From assembly GCA_030141605.1 (NCBI GenBank), contig JAQGDQ010001612.1:1-32546 (forward strand): a stretch of 32,546 bases of DNA, read 5' to 3'. Position numbers and translations under genes: made by a program. This document shows positions 11,396 through 23,891 of this stretch, one piece after another (positions within the stretch are counted from its first letter, which is position 1; every line of letters begins with the position of its first letter). The notes under the pieces are model-generated. The model saw nothing but the letters and a program-made list of their open reading frames with translations. It was not told where the DNA came from and ran no database searches. Source of the DNA: Tubiluchus corallicola (lineage: Eukaryota > Animalia > Priapulida).

Positions 11396-11581
11396 GAAGA
11401 ACTTTTGCCTGTAATCAAGGAACAGCTGAAAAAGGCCCGTGGGGGTTTTGCAAAAGAGATGCAAGAAATGAACGAGGAGGCGGCAGTTCAGCATTTGCTC
11501 CTCTTCATTTCGGCTCTCGTTCCCAAAGCTCTCTCTTCGGTTTTGACATCCTTCGTGTTGTCTTCGTGTTTCACGGAAAAG
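11396..11581 (+). CDS. Cytochrome P450, exon 7 (I-helix)
   Basis: ttttatag|...AAG|gtattt; 62 codons, EELLPVIKEQL...QHLLLFISALVPKALSSVLTSFV...EK. Confidence 0.85.
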
Positions 11582-11881
11582 GTATTTATTGGTTGCTGCA
11601 CTAAAAATGCATTTTTGCAGGTACCTTTAATTAAATCTTTTGATAGTAATCTTATTCCAGGATAGGATGTTGCAGCAGATTTGTCATGGCTGCCGATCCA
11701 TGTGTTCTAGATTCAAATCCCACTTTTTTTGTGGTTTCTCTTCTGCCATGTATGCAGTTCCTTTGGCTGCATTCTCAGGCCTGGACGAATGTAGGCATTT
11801 TGTCGTGGGGGAGGGTGCAAGTAAGCCGGCTGGAAAACAGGCTAACTACCTGCTCTACCTGTGTGCTGAGATTACAAAAAT

Positions 11882-12026
11882 TGTGTGTCTGTGCATGCAT
11901 GCGTGCGTGCGTGTGTGTCTGTGCATGCGGGCGCGTGTGTCTGTGCATGCGTGCGTGTGTGTCTGTGCGTGCATGCGTGCGGGTGTGTGTGCGCGGGTGT
12001 GTGCGTGTGCGCATGTGTGTGTGTGT
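11882..12026. repeat. (GT/GC)n compound microsatellite
   Basis: Alternating purine-pyrimidine tract gtgtgcgtgcatgc. Confidence 0.9.
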
Positions 12027-12328
12027 ACACAAGCATGGCAGCACCTACGAGTAATTTATCAAAACAGATAGCAAACTAAAGTTAATTCGTTTATAAAAAG
12101 AACAAGAAAGTATGAGTTATATTTGGTTTTGTGTTGTTAACTGAGCAAGTTTTGGTTGGGTCATTATTAATGGTGGTAAAATGTATACTTTTTATTGGAC
12201 TTGAAAATTCTGTGGAAAATAAAAAAACTTCCTGTTTTCCTTTAAATAATCGTTTTTACCAGAAATTTATTTACGAAACTCTGTGTAAATTATTCCTTAA
12301 CACTGTTACTTACTCTTGTTTCTTGCAG

Positions 12329-12439
12329 GGCCAAGCAAAGAAGCCAATATTCGCCAATGAACAACAAATCGAGTGCCATCTGTTGGAAGTTCTAAGAATG
12401 TGGCCTCCATTTGTGGGTGGGAGGCGAATTGCAAACAAG
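12329..12439 (+). CDS. Cytochrome P450, exon 8 (K-helix ExxR)
   Basis: tcttgcag|...AAG|gtaatc; LLEVLRMWPPFVGGRRIANK. Confidence 0.92.
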
Positions 12440-14521
12440 GTAATCTTTCTCTACCTCATACATTAAATTTCTTTCACCAGCTAACTGTGATTTGAATGCA
12501 TTATGCTGAAATAGCGAATTATAATTCGATTGGTTCAAATCTCATCTTGGTTCAAATTAATACGAAGTGGTTAAAGTTCTGTGCAGCCATTTTGAAATAT
12601 TATATATAAAATTGGGGCAAAACCTGAAAACGTGAGTGCCTTATTCACGTAAGATTATTGCTGTCGCACGCTTTCAGATTTATATAATTGTGCTCGTGCT
12701 GCCACCTATACTTCAATTTCTTTGTTGTTATTTGACAAAGATGCTTTAGTTTTTTTATTTTAAATATCCTAACTTTAGTATTGCTTTAGATATAACACGA
12801 TAACGAGGCTTTTCCTTTGGCAATATAAAATTTATTCAGTGCTGTTATTTCAAATTTTGGCCAATATTGGCCAATTGCTGCATTTGCCAAAGCTGTTGTG
12901 TCACCTGATCCTGCTGGGCTTCCCATATGTGGTGATATGCTGTGCTAGTGTGATTCGCTGTTTCGAAAGCAAGAATAAGATTTGGTTTTATTTGTCGTTT
13001 AATACATGAGACTGAATGTTTTTATCTAAAATTTGTTCTCGAAAAGTATTATTAGTGTTTGATGTCCATTGCCGTGTCACCTGTATATATTTGTTAATGA
13101 AAGCAATAAACAAATGAGTTATAACACATGATGTACTTATTTACATTATCATTTCATAACATACGATCTGTAAATGAAAATATATAAGTGTTAGTTGATG
13201 TTACAGCATATTACAATTCAGTATTTAATCATGGGAAATTCTATCCCAACACCTATAGTGTCTTTGTTATGTTTAGAGATAGCTTTGCCTCTAAACGTGG
13301 GGAAAGACCTGCTCTGTCAACTTTGATGGTCGCCAGGTCTTTCCCAACGAGTTATTTCCTGCCTTGAACTTTATACCAGGCTTATTCATTAAACAATTAC
13401 CCGGTCAATGATACAATAAGACAGGTTTCCTATATACATACTTGCTCAATAAAACTACAGAAGTAATTATGTACTGTACTCTTTCTTTAGTACTTTGTAC
13501 AGTTATTTATACACAACAAATATTAATTTGCTTACTTCGGAAATGACTTTCTGACACACTGGCCAATCATGTAGGCTCGGTAGGCGCATGTGACTTGGGT
13601 GTTTCTGCCATGGTCAGCCTGTGGCAGCATATTTCTAGGATAAAATCAGAGTTGTTTAAGGTATAAATAATGTAAACAAAAATTACATTCGTGGTTGAAA
13701 ACAGCCATTCCGTTTCTGTTGCCGTTCACTTGTTTTAATCACCAGTACGAGCCAGATGAAAGCTTCCATCTCCCAAGTTGCAAGTTTCTTCAAATCAGTT
13801 CAACAATTTTCTACAAGTTTGTTTACAATTTCAAACTAATATAAGTTCTTAATGGAAGTTTCCTGAAAGGCATGTGAAATTCACATCTTGTCATTTAGCT
13901 GTTTTCCTTTAAACGACTCCCTCATTTATGGTCACTGATTTTTCTATCATTTCTCTGTTTTAAAATTTCGAATGTCGGACGCGTTCTTAAAACACAAGAA
14001 AACACCCTTCAGAAATAAAGCTTAAAGTTTGCCTTGAAATTTTGTAACGTTTACATACTGTCTTATTGCATACAGAGCTTGCCTTAGCAGTAATGCTGTA
14101 TAAATCTTATAAACTTGAAGTCCTGCGATTACTGTTAGGCACATCCATTTTACGGTAACTCATTGGAGATTTAAATAACATTACCTAAAGTTTGAGCAGA
14201 TAATCAGAGCATGCACTCTTCGTTAACTAGAAAAAGTACAAATTACTTTATAATGACAATAGTGTGTTTGTTGGTGAGCCAGTGGTGCAAATTGGGATGG
14301 CAATATTATATCATTTTACCAGGTGGTGCAAATATGTTGAATTATTAAGGATTTTGTTTCCCATTTATATTGCATAAGTCTTTCAAGCAGGTAACAGCAA
14401 TGCTAAGTAATATAACTTTGTATGGAAAGTTCTTTAAGATGTATTTAAAAGTTCTCTTTTCTTCCCCTTTAACTCTTCAATTGTTAGCACCATTATAATA
14501 AACCTTCTCATTTCTTGGTAG

Positions 14522-14649
14522 GACTGTGTTATTGCTGGAATGCACATACCAAAGAACCATGCTGTCCTCTACTTGGCTCAAGCGGCGCATCGTGACCCAA
14601 ACACTTTTCCGGAACCGGGACAGTTTAAACCCGAACGATGGCTAAATTG
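14522..14649 (+). CDS. Cytochrome P450, exon 9 (PERF/W motif)
   Basis: cttggtag|...TG|gtaaat; DCVIAGMHIPKNHAVLYLAQAAHRDPNTFPEPGQFKPERWLN. Confidence 0.93.
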
Positions 14650-15098
14650 GTAAATTCACTTCCTGAATTTAAGCGTACTTAACTCCTTCAGGACCGTAAC
14701 GCTAAAATGATCCTATACGAGTGACTAATGTTGCCTATTTGTTATTTAACCCTGAATTGACCAGCTTTCTCGTTCAAAAATTTCTAAAGTTTAGTATCTC
14801 TGCCAGCACACGCCCAATCTGACCATGAATCTTTTGCCATATTTCCACCAGTGATTTAGCACGTGATTATCACAAGAGCGAAAATCTTCGCAGGCGGCAA
14901 AAACGTCGGCTAGCTCGACTCCCATCACTGAGCAACTGGCGCGACTAAAGCCGGATTTCTTATCGGCTAGGTCAGCTGTAGAAATAAACCAGCTGAAGCT
15001 GAAACGGCGTGGCTCTCGGCTCTACAAATATGATATGCTCAGGATTTGACTTCCTTGAATCTGCATACCTAATATGTCTCCTCTCATATCTTTTACAG

Positions 15099-15186
15099 TA
15101 CCAAAGCAGATAAAGAGAAGCTGTTCAGTTTTGGAGGCGGCCCCCGAAGTTGCGTGGGGCAGCACCTTGTATGGGACATGTTGAGG
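15099..15186 (+). CDS. Cytochrome P450, exon 10 (heme-binding loop)
   Basis: ttttacag|...AGG|gtgagt; LFSFGGGPRSCVGQHL matches the FxxGxRxCxG signature. Confidence 0.95.
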
Positions 15187-16449
15187 GTGAGTAATGAAGA
15201 CTGAATGAAAATGGTCATTTTTACAAGTATTACTTCCTTACACCTGAGAGTGTGTAATAAAAAAAAACAAAGCGATAACCATGTTCACTGTTAAATATCA
15301 TTTATTTGTTACACATTTAATAAGGTGCAGAGTTTCCATTTTTATTTTCTGAGATAAATAATAAATGGTACAATTGCACTACTTTTAGCTCGCAAGTGTT
15401 TGCTGCATTTTGCACGGGTTCATGAAAAACTGCACAACGATGACGTTATATTTCATCATCATCATCATCATCCGCCCCTCACGTTTTTTGTAGACATTGG
15501 GCAGGCAGAATTCTAAAATAAAAGAAATCTGCCCTTAGACTGGTAAACGCAGCAGCAATCCAGCAAACAATTAGACACTGCTACGCCAGACACTATTACC
15601 ACTATTACTTTATATTTGATAATTTTTGTAGTTTCTACTCTCATACAATGGATTTCCGTGCAAAATTATATATGAAGTGCACTTGCTTACCTTACACAAA
15701 TTAAAAATCAGTTTTTGACAAGCAAATTGGAAAAGCTTTCTGTAAACTGCAGTGTTTTCCACTGTAACAAAGTACAGTATCACTTGTACTGAAATCAGCT
15801 AATGAAGAAAATTTCAAGTGTCCAAATGCAACACTCTGACACACTTTGGCCTCACGTCTACTCTGTTTTTAAAGAGATATTCCTGTTAAAAGATGAAAAG
15901 ACCTTAATTTGTCCTTGGCCGATTAGTTGGTTTTCCTGGAATAGCAGCAGAACACTGCAAAACTTGGGCTGTAGCAATCAGGCAATCAATAAATTAGTGT
16001 GTACAGTCACGCAAGTGTACACCAGACTAAGCTACTCAATATGTTAAGTTAAGTGTTTTCTTAATTTTATCCAATTAAATCATTCATAAATGTTTAAACA
16101 AATAGCATACCTGGATAGCCGAGATTCTCCTGAATAGAACAGTATCTAATTCGTAATCATAAAATTATGTTTGTGCTCATATAGTAGTAGAAGCAGTCCT
16201 GATGGAGTTAATAAGGGCCACTACCAAATAAAGTTTCAACAATTCGTCTTGAAATTTTATGCCACTTACATGCTGTCTTATTGCATTTAGAGCTTATTTT
16301 AGCAGTAACGCTTTATAAAACTTGTAAACTTGAACTCCCGTGACGACCGTTAGGTGCACCCTGTGTCTGCAAGAAATAGTTTATAACACAGCAAGTAACT
16401 GTTTACCAGGTTTATTACGAGTAGATACATGTGTGAGTGCAGCAGTGTT

Positions 16450-16670
16450 TTTGAAATTTGAATTTTTATCTTAAAACTTGCCTAGACATAAATATCTTAG
16501 TAGCACTATACTTCAATTTTTGCTTTCACAAACACGTGGAATATTTTTGCTGTTGAAAATTATGTTCGTTTTTGATGTCATCAATAGTTGGGCTCACCTG
16601 CCATTAATTAAGTTTTTAATCTAGTATTTAATTATCAGAAATACTTTTCCAGTATTACTGGCATTAAAAT
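16450..16670. repeat. Diverged inverted repeat, partner of 27979-28225
   Basis: agtagcactatacttcaattt...gctgttgaaaattatgttc...aagtttttaatcta...ggcattaaaat matches the reverse complement of 27979-28225. Confidence 0.8.
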
Positions 16671-18408
16671 TAATACTTTTTATACCACTTGAAAAAGGGG
16701 TAGTATATGAAAAATCATCCCATGTTCCTTTAATACTTGTAATTTAATTTTGTGCAGAAAGTTCTTTGAAACATACCTCAAAACATCTGTTCTATGTTGA
16801 ATTTGTGTTGATTTTTTCTCTTTCTTGAATTACAAGTGGGCCGGGCATTTCAGCCACATATTTTACCATTTAACAATTTTCCTTCAGTTTTCCGTTCTCC
16901 ATTAGTTTTAATTCGTGCTTCTCCTGCGGATCTTGGTAAATTGTGGATGGCATGCAGCATGTCACCTTTGTAATCGGAGTGAATATCAGTACCGGGTTCA
17001 TGGTTTTATTATTTCCCGTAATGCAGCTGACGATAGTGCCCACGGTGCAACAAACTATCAGAGCTATGAGTCCATACCACAAGTGAGAAATCGAATACAT
17101 TGTCGTAATGATGCTGTACTCTGGCTGTGAGTGAGAAGTCGTCGTTTCATTTGTCAACAAAGTTGCCGCCACTGCCGAAACATTCGGAAGAAAGCAGGAT
17201 TCCTCCACCTGACAGCCCTCGGTGGACAAAGGAAGCAACTCTCGTGGGAAGGAAGTCATTTGTGCACCAACCATTAACCACAAATTCAATAAAAGTGACG
17301 TCACTAAACCAGCAATGGCTCCGTTTGAGTTCACCTTTGGAAAGAGGATACCCAACGTAAAAAGCCCTAGGAGGGGTCCACCGACAGCGCCAAAAACACT
17401 AGTGCAGAGACGTACGACTGTTTTATCGAGGAACTTACAAACCAAAGCGAGGACGATGCTCAGCACACCATACCAAAATGCCAACCATTTTGATAATCTT
17501 GTAGCTGCTATTTCGTCGATATTCTTGCCTTTCTTCTTTTGGTGGTTTGGCTTGATGAAATCCTCCAATGTAACCGCCGACAATGAGTTAACTCCGGATG
17601 ATATCGTACTGAGAGCGCCACTGTAGCAAGCTGCAACAAACAGACCAGGTGCTCCGTGCATAAAACCCAGCATCTGCATGGCAAACAGGGGGACCAACTG
17701 ATCCGACTTTGCCACATATCCTGCCGTGAGAGGATCGCAGGTCGAATAGTGTGCATACATCAGCATACTAAGCAATGTCAACACGAATATGAGCAGCAGT
17801 TTGTAGGGGAAGTTGAGCAAGATGGCAATTTGGGCATGTGTCGGATGCTTGATGCTGTTGTACCGCTGTATCATTGACTGGTTTGCACCATACAGCGCCA
17901 AGCTTTGGACGGAGCCTCCAATGATTGTTGCCCAGAAACTGTATCGAACAGTCGGATTGGGATCGAAGTTGAAGAATGACGTCCGCTCTCCTGCTTCCGC
18001 AATCTCCCACATTTTGCCCCAGCCCCCGATTGTAATCAGCGCCCGTATGTCAATGGCCAGAACTCCGGCAAACAGAATGAACATCTGCACCGTGTCGGTC
18101 CACAGCACCGCTTTCATGCCCCCGATCGTCGTGTAAAACGTGCAGACAATCCCGGTTGAAATGACTGTCAGCCACAGCGAGAGCCCCGTAACTTGGGAAA
18201 GAGCCAGTGCTGGTGTGTACAGAGCTATTGCCATGTACAGAAAAGTCATTAGCATGAATGTCAATGTCCCAAGAAGTCGAGCAGTCCTGTTGAATCTCAT
18301 CTCAAGATACTGAAACAGAACAAGAATGTTTTCTGTAAAATGTCAATTTTGAACAAAAAACTTTATAAATTTTTTAGTACAATTGAACTTCAAATGTTCA
18401 ACATCAAA

Positions 18409-18655
18409 CGGTGCATTCAAACTAGCAAATTTTCTACCCAAGTATATTGTCAAGTAACTTGGAAATGTATTGAGACTAGAGAGCAAAACTTACTGCAAGT
18501 TACTCTCTACTATGAGAAGTGTCTAGAGTAACTCGCCCAGGTGTTCACACTAGACAATAAATCAACACGCTGCAACTGTCGGAGAGTTTGCAATAACTTG
18601 CTGACAGTAGCTTGCAAAGCAGTTCACACTTGTGAGTTTGCTGTCATAAAAGAGG
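18409..18655. mobile_element. Diverged third copy of the MITE family in the intron of SLC5 copy A
   Basis: cggtgcattcaaactagcaaattttct...gagtaactc...gttcacactagaca...gcagttcacacttgtgagtttgct. Confidence 0.65.
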
Positions 18656-19014
18656 GTCTAGGGTCAGTGACATGTAGAAAATTGACACCAAGATTCTAAG
18701 AAAATTCACTCCTTAAAGTTACAGACTAGCTATATACATTGAATTTTACATAATGTATGTATTTTACATTATGTATACACAAGATAAATTCATTCTCTAT
18801 GAATTACCTCATATGCACTAGTGATGCCTAGTCGATGATAAACTGGTAGATAGATGTATGCAGCCACTGTGAAGGAAAACAATCCAGAAAAAATGTAGAT
18901 GCTGTATTCAACTCCATACAAGTACATCTCCGCGGGAAAACCGACCACCGCTATTGCGGAGATGAAACTGGCCATCAAAGACAAACTGACTGGTATTGTG
19001 CTCATTCGCTTGTT

Positions 19015-19449
19015 CCTTGTTTATATTTGCCTTATTTTTCCTTGGTTTAATCTATTATATTTTTTCCTCGACATCTTTGGTTGATCATTCTACTGTTTTT
19101 TTGTTTTGTTTTTTTGCCGGATTTTTTAGTTAATGCTCAAATTATGCATATTCTGTTATCTTAAAAATCTCAAGTTATTTTTATTGTGTTTGCTTCGCAT
19201 GATTCATGTTCTACAGTATTACGATACCTATCATTCAATTGCCAAATTAACACACATCAACCGAATACAAATTTAAATTGATAACGACGCCATAATTAAG
19301 TTTATTTAATCATAACTATTTAAGGGTGGCTGACTTGATAACCTACGGGTTCTTCGCTGCCCTTCTCCTTTGCTTTAAAATATTCCATGTATTCTTTATA
19401 CTGTATTTTTATCGTTCTAACGGAGATAATAAATAATTGAATTTGAATT
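19015..19449 (+). mobile_element. 5'-truncated LINE-like 3' end inserted into SLC5 copy A exon 1
   Basis: Absent from the paralogous exon in copy B. Ends aataaataattgaatttgaatt (polyA signal plus short-repeat tail), preceded by a potential stem-loop agggtggctgac...gctgccctt. No clean TSD. Confidence 0.65.
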
Positions 19450-19603
19450 TCCCACAAAAAATTCCTCTGTAGTTTTTTGCTTTCCTCCGGTGCAGGCATA
19501 GTAAACGCCTATGCCAGCACACAGTGCAAGAGAGAGGGCAAACACTAGTGAATCTATCCACGAAAATGTCACGTCTTCGGAAATCATATCACTTGCTATT
19601 TTG

Positions 19604-20403
19604 CAGGGGCGTCGTGCACCAAAAAAAATTAGGGGGGCCCGCCTGAAATCACGCCCTTTTATGCAGCAAACTCGTGGGAAAGAGTCGGTAATGTGGTGGC
19701 TCATCAATTTGTATCTCCCAAACTGACTCTCTGGTACTAGGTTAGCTGGACAAACTGACTCTCTGGTACTAGGCTAGCTCAACATGACTTCAATGTTTGC
19801 TTTGTTGCTAGCTGAGCCGTTTTGTTAACTAACAGTCTTTTGTGCAAAGACGCTAATGCTACTCAACGAGCTGCTTTGTTAACTGTTCCTGCCTGCCTCC
19901 TGAATAGATTACATGCAAACAAATGAACTACATCCTGACTTTCAGGTAAACACATCTGGTCAGGCACGTATCAGTCAGTCAGACTGTAACAGTCAGAATA
20001 ATTTAACTCGGCGACAAACTTTAATGATAAAAAATATTATTGGGCTACTGTACCGAAACGCTCATACTGTTCGCATTTATGGAGCGCTGGCCCGTTATTG
20101 CGTGTCAAAAAGTCGGAAATAAATTTCCTTACCGTTTGTCGTCGAGTTCTCATGTTTCTCTCTCGAAAGAATGGCAAAAATTTAACAGAAAATGTAAATA
20201 ATTTGTCGCAAACGCATTTCAAACGTGGCGGTTTGGCGAAATACGGCGCGTGCGTTAAATTTGCGTCAACGCCATCTATTTGAAAAAATTCAAACGAATT
20301 GCCATTTTGTCTCAATTTTACACCTTATTGGTCTCATTATGAGCCGCTGACACCCTTCAAATTTTTGACATTTTCTAAAAAAATTGGGGGGGGGGCGGGC
20401 CCC
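19604..20403. mobile_element. DNA-transposon-like fragment replacing the upstream region of SLC5 copy A
   Basis: Homology to copy B ends at 19603, exactly where CAGGGGCGTCGTGCACC...AAAAAAAATTAGGGGGGGC begins. A similar aaaaaattggggggggggc motif occurs at ~20377. No complete second TIR found. Confidence 0.45.
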
Positions 20404-20599
20404 TATAGCACAGATAGCGTAGGTAAAGATCAGCGGCCATTTGCGAATAAACATATAAATGGAGCTTTCCTGAATATTGATTGCCAGAATAGTAAAAACT
20501 GGTGAACAATCGGTTTATGAGTCTGACTTTATCAGTACTGAACTGTACACCATCTTCACCCTTCTGCAAGAAATGCAGTTTTAACTTAATTTAATTTAA

Positions 20600-22130
20600 T
20601 TTAATTAGTTTCTAAAAACCTGGTTTCCTTCGTCTGTTTTGTAGTAATAAAAGTTGGAGCGATCCAAAGGATTTGGTATTTGTATTCTCTGCAGAATACC
20701 GGTAAAATAGGTATCACTTTTTAGCATGAAATGGTGGGAACCCATCACTTACAAAATTGACATCAAAGAGATCTAGCAGCTTCTGTACTCCTGTCTCTGT
20801 GTCATCTCATTGTGCATATTATGTTACCTCAACTATGTTGAATTAGAATAAGCCTTTTCACAGTTTCGTTGTGCGCACTCGCAGTTGGTGTAGACCAAAG
20901 GTTAAGTATAACATACCAACACGTCTTAACCACAACAGTGTGCTGCATCAGTTCATTAACTTCAGTTGTTTTATGTGAACTTTACTTAATTATGCATTAA
21001 GCTATGCATAGAGTGATTTACTAGCAGGATCTTGCTTGGGAATAAGAAAAAATGAACTATGCAAGGGCCAACATTTTTAAAATGGCTGAAATAGTAGCTG
21101 TTGCTAGCTTATAAAAACCATATCTTACACCACATGAAACTGTGAATGCCATAGACCTTGAAAAAGTATCAGCTCTTTCAGCATTCCATGCTAATATTGA
21201 AGTAAATACATAACAGAAGTATTTGTACCTTTTAAAAACAATACTAGAATAGGACTGTTTACAGAACTCATGCCTGTACTCGAACATTTTTAAACTAGCA
21301 CATTAGATTTTAGATTCAGATTTAAATTTATTTATTCATCCAGTTAGTACAATACAAAAATAAAAGCCATAAAATTACAAATTAACAATACATTAGAGTG
21401 CTATGAGCGCAGCAAAAGAAATTAACTTATGAGCTACGCTCAACATGGAGAAGACTAAATTAATGACATAACCAACAATAAAAGATACGTTAAATATAGC
21501 GAAGATGTTGTTTATGCATTGTTGTCAGTTTGCTAATTACGTAAAGACCTGTTCACAAGACATTGAAATGTTTTTGGAAACATTTCCTCCAACATCTGCC
21601 ACACTGTTAGGGCATGCCAGAGATGTGGTAGGCCTATATCATGCAGGTTACTGTTGGGCCAAGCATTGATCATTTCTCTAGCTTCTCCCTCATCGTCTGA
21701 CTTGGGCTGAATGAGATCCACTTTTATGACTTGGGAACCACATTAAGATCCGAAGCATGTCAACAACTTATCAAATATTTCGGTCAGCCACCAGCCAAAG
21801 GGTGTACCGGCAGATAAAAATATTCCAAGCAAGTCTTGTTTGCAGTACTGTGAAAGTGTGGTGATAAATTGATTAAGGTGGTAATGTTATCTACGGTCTG
21901 TGTACGCTAGAATGTTAGAATCTATAAATACTGACTTAAACTGTTTGTTTTTCTTATTGATCGCTCCATTATCATGCCCTATATTGAATGTGTGATATGC
22001 ATACATGATGTTGTTGATACTGTTACAGTTCAGTAAAAATAATGAAAATACTGTCCTAGTTCTTTGATCTTTAAAAGACTCATATCGGAATCCATGCAAA
22101 ATCACCGTCCTATCTCCAGTAGAATATGCA
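20600..22130. mobile_element. Heavily decayed LINE relics
   Basis: Minus-strand LINE-like tail (tagattcagatttaaatttatttatt, ~21310) and stop-ridden frames faintly resembling CR1/L2 ORF2; boundaries uncertain. Confidence 0.3.
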
Positions 22131-23891
22131 GCATTGCTAACACATTACACAAGTGACTTCTGCTCTGGTACCATACAGGGTAGTTAACCCGGCTGCTGGT
22201 AGTTAGAGTCTCCTTCTCTAGTCTACACAGTGGCAACTCTTGTCTGGCGCGTCCAAGTCGCGGGGGTGGAGGCTGCTTAGGCAGTTACCAAGTTCAGGCA
22301 AGGACCCAATGTCGCGGGGTATAACGCTTCACCCTGGTCAGGGTTACGACCGAAGACCCCAACGGCGGATCAGGCGGAAGTGAACCATGTTTAGTTCTCA
22401 ACGGCTGAGATGGCGGATGAGGGCAATGCCATGCGGGCTGGCTAGAAGGCATCTCTCAAAATACTGGAAGAATGGCAGCCTGCTGCGACTTTCAAGGAAA
22501 TCCTGTCTGTCTCCCCCCAGGAGCCACAGAAATTGATCTGAAAGCCAAGTGTGTGGGCTTCTACCCGGCAAGTAGTTGCCCACCTTAATCAATCTCACGC
22601 CAATGGCCACCTTTCGGTCAAATAAAACTCAAGCACAGCTAGTAACTTCGACCGAAAGGACAATACTCGGAAACGAGTGAAAGCCGCCGACGACGACACA
22701 AGTGACTGCAGCCATCTTGGCAACCATCTTGAAATCCTAAATAGGTTCGAGATGTTGTTAAGCATCAGATGTTGATTCCTTGACCATGAGAAACTACATT
22801 TACACTCCATAATCATCGTATTACAGTAGTCGCCGCTTAATAGACTCACGGTTAATTGACTCAATAGCTTACTTGACTCAAAAACGCCTGGAACGGGCCG
22901 CTTCTATTCAAATATACGTAAAAACTATCGGTAATTGACTGAAATAACTTCGCTTAATTGACTCAATATTTTCCTTCACGTACTTAAAATAAGACTTGTA
23001 TGTGCCCAAGCAGTCTTTCCTACTTTTATGTCATCTTTGCTTCCTTTTTGTGCATTATATATGTAGAAACAATCATGTTAAGTAAGTTTTGTTTGTAAAC
23101 AGGTACGTTTTTCATGCGCTGATACGCTAGCATAGAGGTTTTGCTTTGAATCCGTTACGCGCTGGCCCACTGCAATTAACCTCGTTACCGAAAGAATTTC
23201 TGGAAGCTAAACATTTAATCAATTGCCTAGCGGTTTCCCTTTGATGCTCTAGTAGCAAATCACCCTTTCAGACTTGATGAGTTAATAGTCAAAGATGCAG
23301 GTACAGTAATCAGCCAGTACTCCTTGTGACTTACAAGAGTAAACATCATACAGCAAATAAGAGCAATGTAAGTGAGCAGACGATTCAGAACTGTTTTAGT
23401 CACGCACAACAACAGATTTTCAACGTTTCTATGATTAGGAGGACTTTGTGGGCCGACTTCTTTGGAAGAAAATGAAGTAGCCGACCTTGAAGGAATTTGT
23501 GTAATTTTTTGCAAATAAACAGACTGTGATTTAGAAAAGTATACTTTTTAACTTTAACTTATTGCTAATTCGTTTATATAAATTAGTGTTTTGAAATATT
23601 TTTTCTAATTTTTAAAAGCACTAAGGAATTTAGGGACTAGTTCGTTTCTAAAATTGATTAAAAGCCTTTCTAGTGCATAGTAAGCTGATGACTCATATTT
23701 CTATTACATTTATACTACAACCATTGGTTAATAGATTCACTCGGTTAATTGGGTCAAAACACGTCGCTCCCAAAGTGAGTCTGTTAAGCGGCAGCTACTG
23801 TATCTGCAAATTGCACAAATCACCTTCAGTTTTATCTCTTTTTCTTGAATTGTAAATGGGAAGGTGTTTCATCTACACATTCATGCTTCTT

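Larger units (their letters stand above)
16870..19587 (-). pseudogene. SLC5 symporter copy A, probably disrupted: exon 1 = 19450-19587 + 18808-19014 split by an insertion; exon 2 = 16870-18309 fully open
   Basis: Close paralog of copy B with the same single intron and the same 1440-nt exon 2. A 435-bp insert between VG and NKRM brings an in-frame TAG (19417-19419). The first ATG of copy B is ATA here; the second ATG (19587) is retained. Confidence 0.8.

Noticed and set aside
11640-12079. Several Cys/Val- or His/Thr-rich ORFs
   Set aside because: Translations of the (GT/GC)n microsatellite.
7090-23700. CTGATGA motifs (~7094, ~23685) as hammerhead ribozyme cores
   Set aside because: No stem II followed by GAAA and no closing helices visible.
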